Positions 63,638 to 64,000 of a stretch of DNA of 64,000 nt are shown in pieces. Each line of letters opens with the position of its first letter. Position 1 is the stretch's first letter. The notes beneath the pieces were generated by a model. The model did not search any database. It was not told the origin of the DNA and saw only the letters and a program-made list of their open reading frames with translations. The stretch is from Camelus dromedarius (Eukaryota). Location of the stretch: assembly GCF_036321535.1 (NCBI RefSeq), contig NC_087436.1, forward strand, positions 106,208,001-106,272,000. The letters are read 5' to 3'. The position numbers and the translations under genes were made by a program.

Positions 63638-63858
63638 GAGAAGTAGTTTGGGATTTGCAGATACTAACTACTGTGTGTAAAATAGATAAATGACAAGGTC
63701 CTACTGGATAGCACAGGAAACTGCATTCAGTACCTTTTAATGGCCTATAATGAAAAAGAATATGAAAAGGTATATATATGTATAAATGAATCACTATGCT
63801 GTACACCTGAAATTAACACAAAATTATAAATCGACTATAATTCAATTAAAAACAAAAA
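63638..63858 (+). mobile_element. Short 5'-truncated cetartiodactyl L1 3' end
   Basis: gggatttgcagatactaactac...caaggtcctactggatagcacagg...gaatcactatgctgtacacctgaaattaacac plus A-rich tail. Confidence 0.9.
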
Positions 63859-64000
63859 GGCTTAGTGAGTTAAGAAAATTGCCCCAGGTCACATAACTAG
63901 TCAGTGGTATTGAGGTCCTCCGGCCTTAATACTCACTCCTGGAACTCGAGTGATACCGTTCGTGCAAGAATTAAGATGTAGGCTCTTGCTGAGTCATCAG

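Larger units (their letters stand above)
18759..64000 (+). other. PPARGC1A: Intron downstream of exon B5, continuing beyond the window
   Basis: Begins with GTAAGT. No exon 2 sequence (CAALVGEDQ...) seen in the rest of the window. Confidence 0.75.

Noticed and set aside
1..64000. CRISPR arrays, operons, tRNA/rRNA genes or other prokaryote-type systems
   Set aside because: Sequence is mammalian intronic DNA; all tandem repeats are simple microsatellites without unique spacers, and no RNA gene was recognised.

Overview
Mammalian genomic DNA, probably a cetartiodactyl and most likely a camelid, judged from the L1 3' ends and the absence of ruminant, pig, cetacean, primate, rodent or carnivore SINEs. 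The window is almost entirely intronic/non-coding and rich in ancient repeats (MIR, L2, L3/CR1, HAL1, L1M, MaLR/ERVL LTRs, MER5, MER58) and microsatellites. The only coding feature I can support is a + strand exon (about 18593-18758). Its 69-nt coding part reads MDETSPRLEEDWKKGLQREASWQ and ends in a perfect phase-0 donor, CAG|GTAAGT. From memory this matches the N-terminus of the human brain-specific PPARGC1A (PGC-1alpha) isoform encoded by upstream exon B5, so the window appears to lie in the far-upstream CNS part of the PPARGC1A locus. I did not find exon B4 (MDEGYF) or the canonical exons. Speculative leads: an 'ATG-only' candidate exon at 41527-41567 that would be in frame with exon 2, MEF2/CRE/AP-1/octamer motif clusters in repeat-free islands, and a short templated insertion inside HAL1. 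There are no prokaryotic systems, CRISPR arrays or RNA genes. Repeat boundaries and subfamily names are by-eye estimates.
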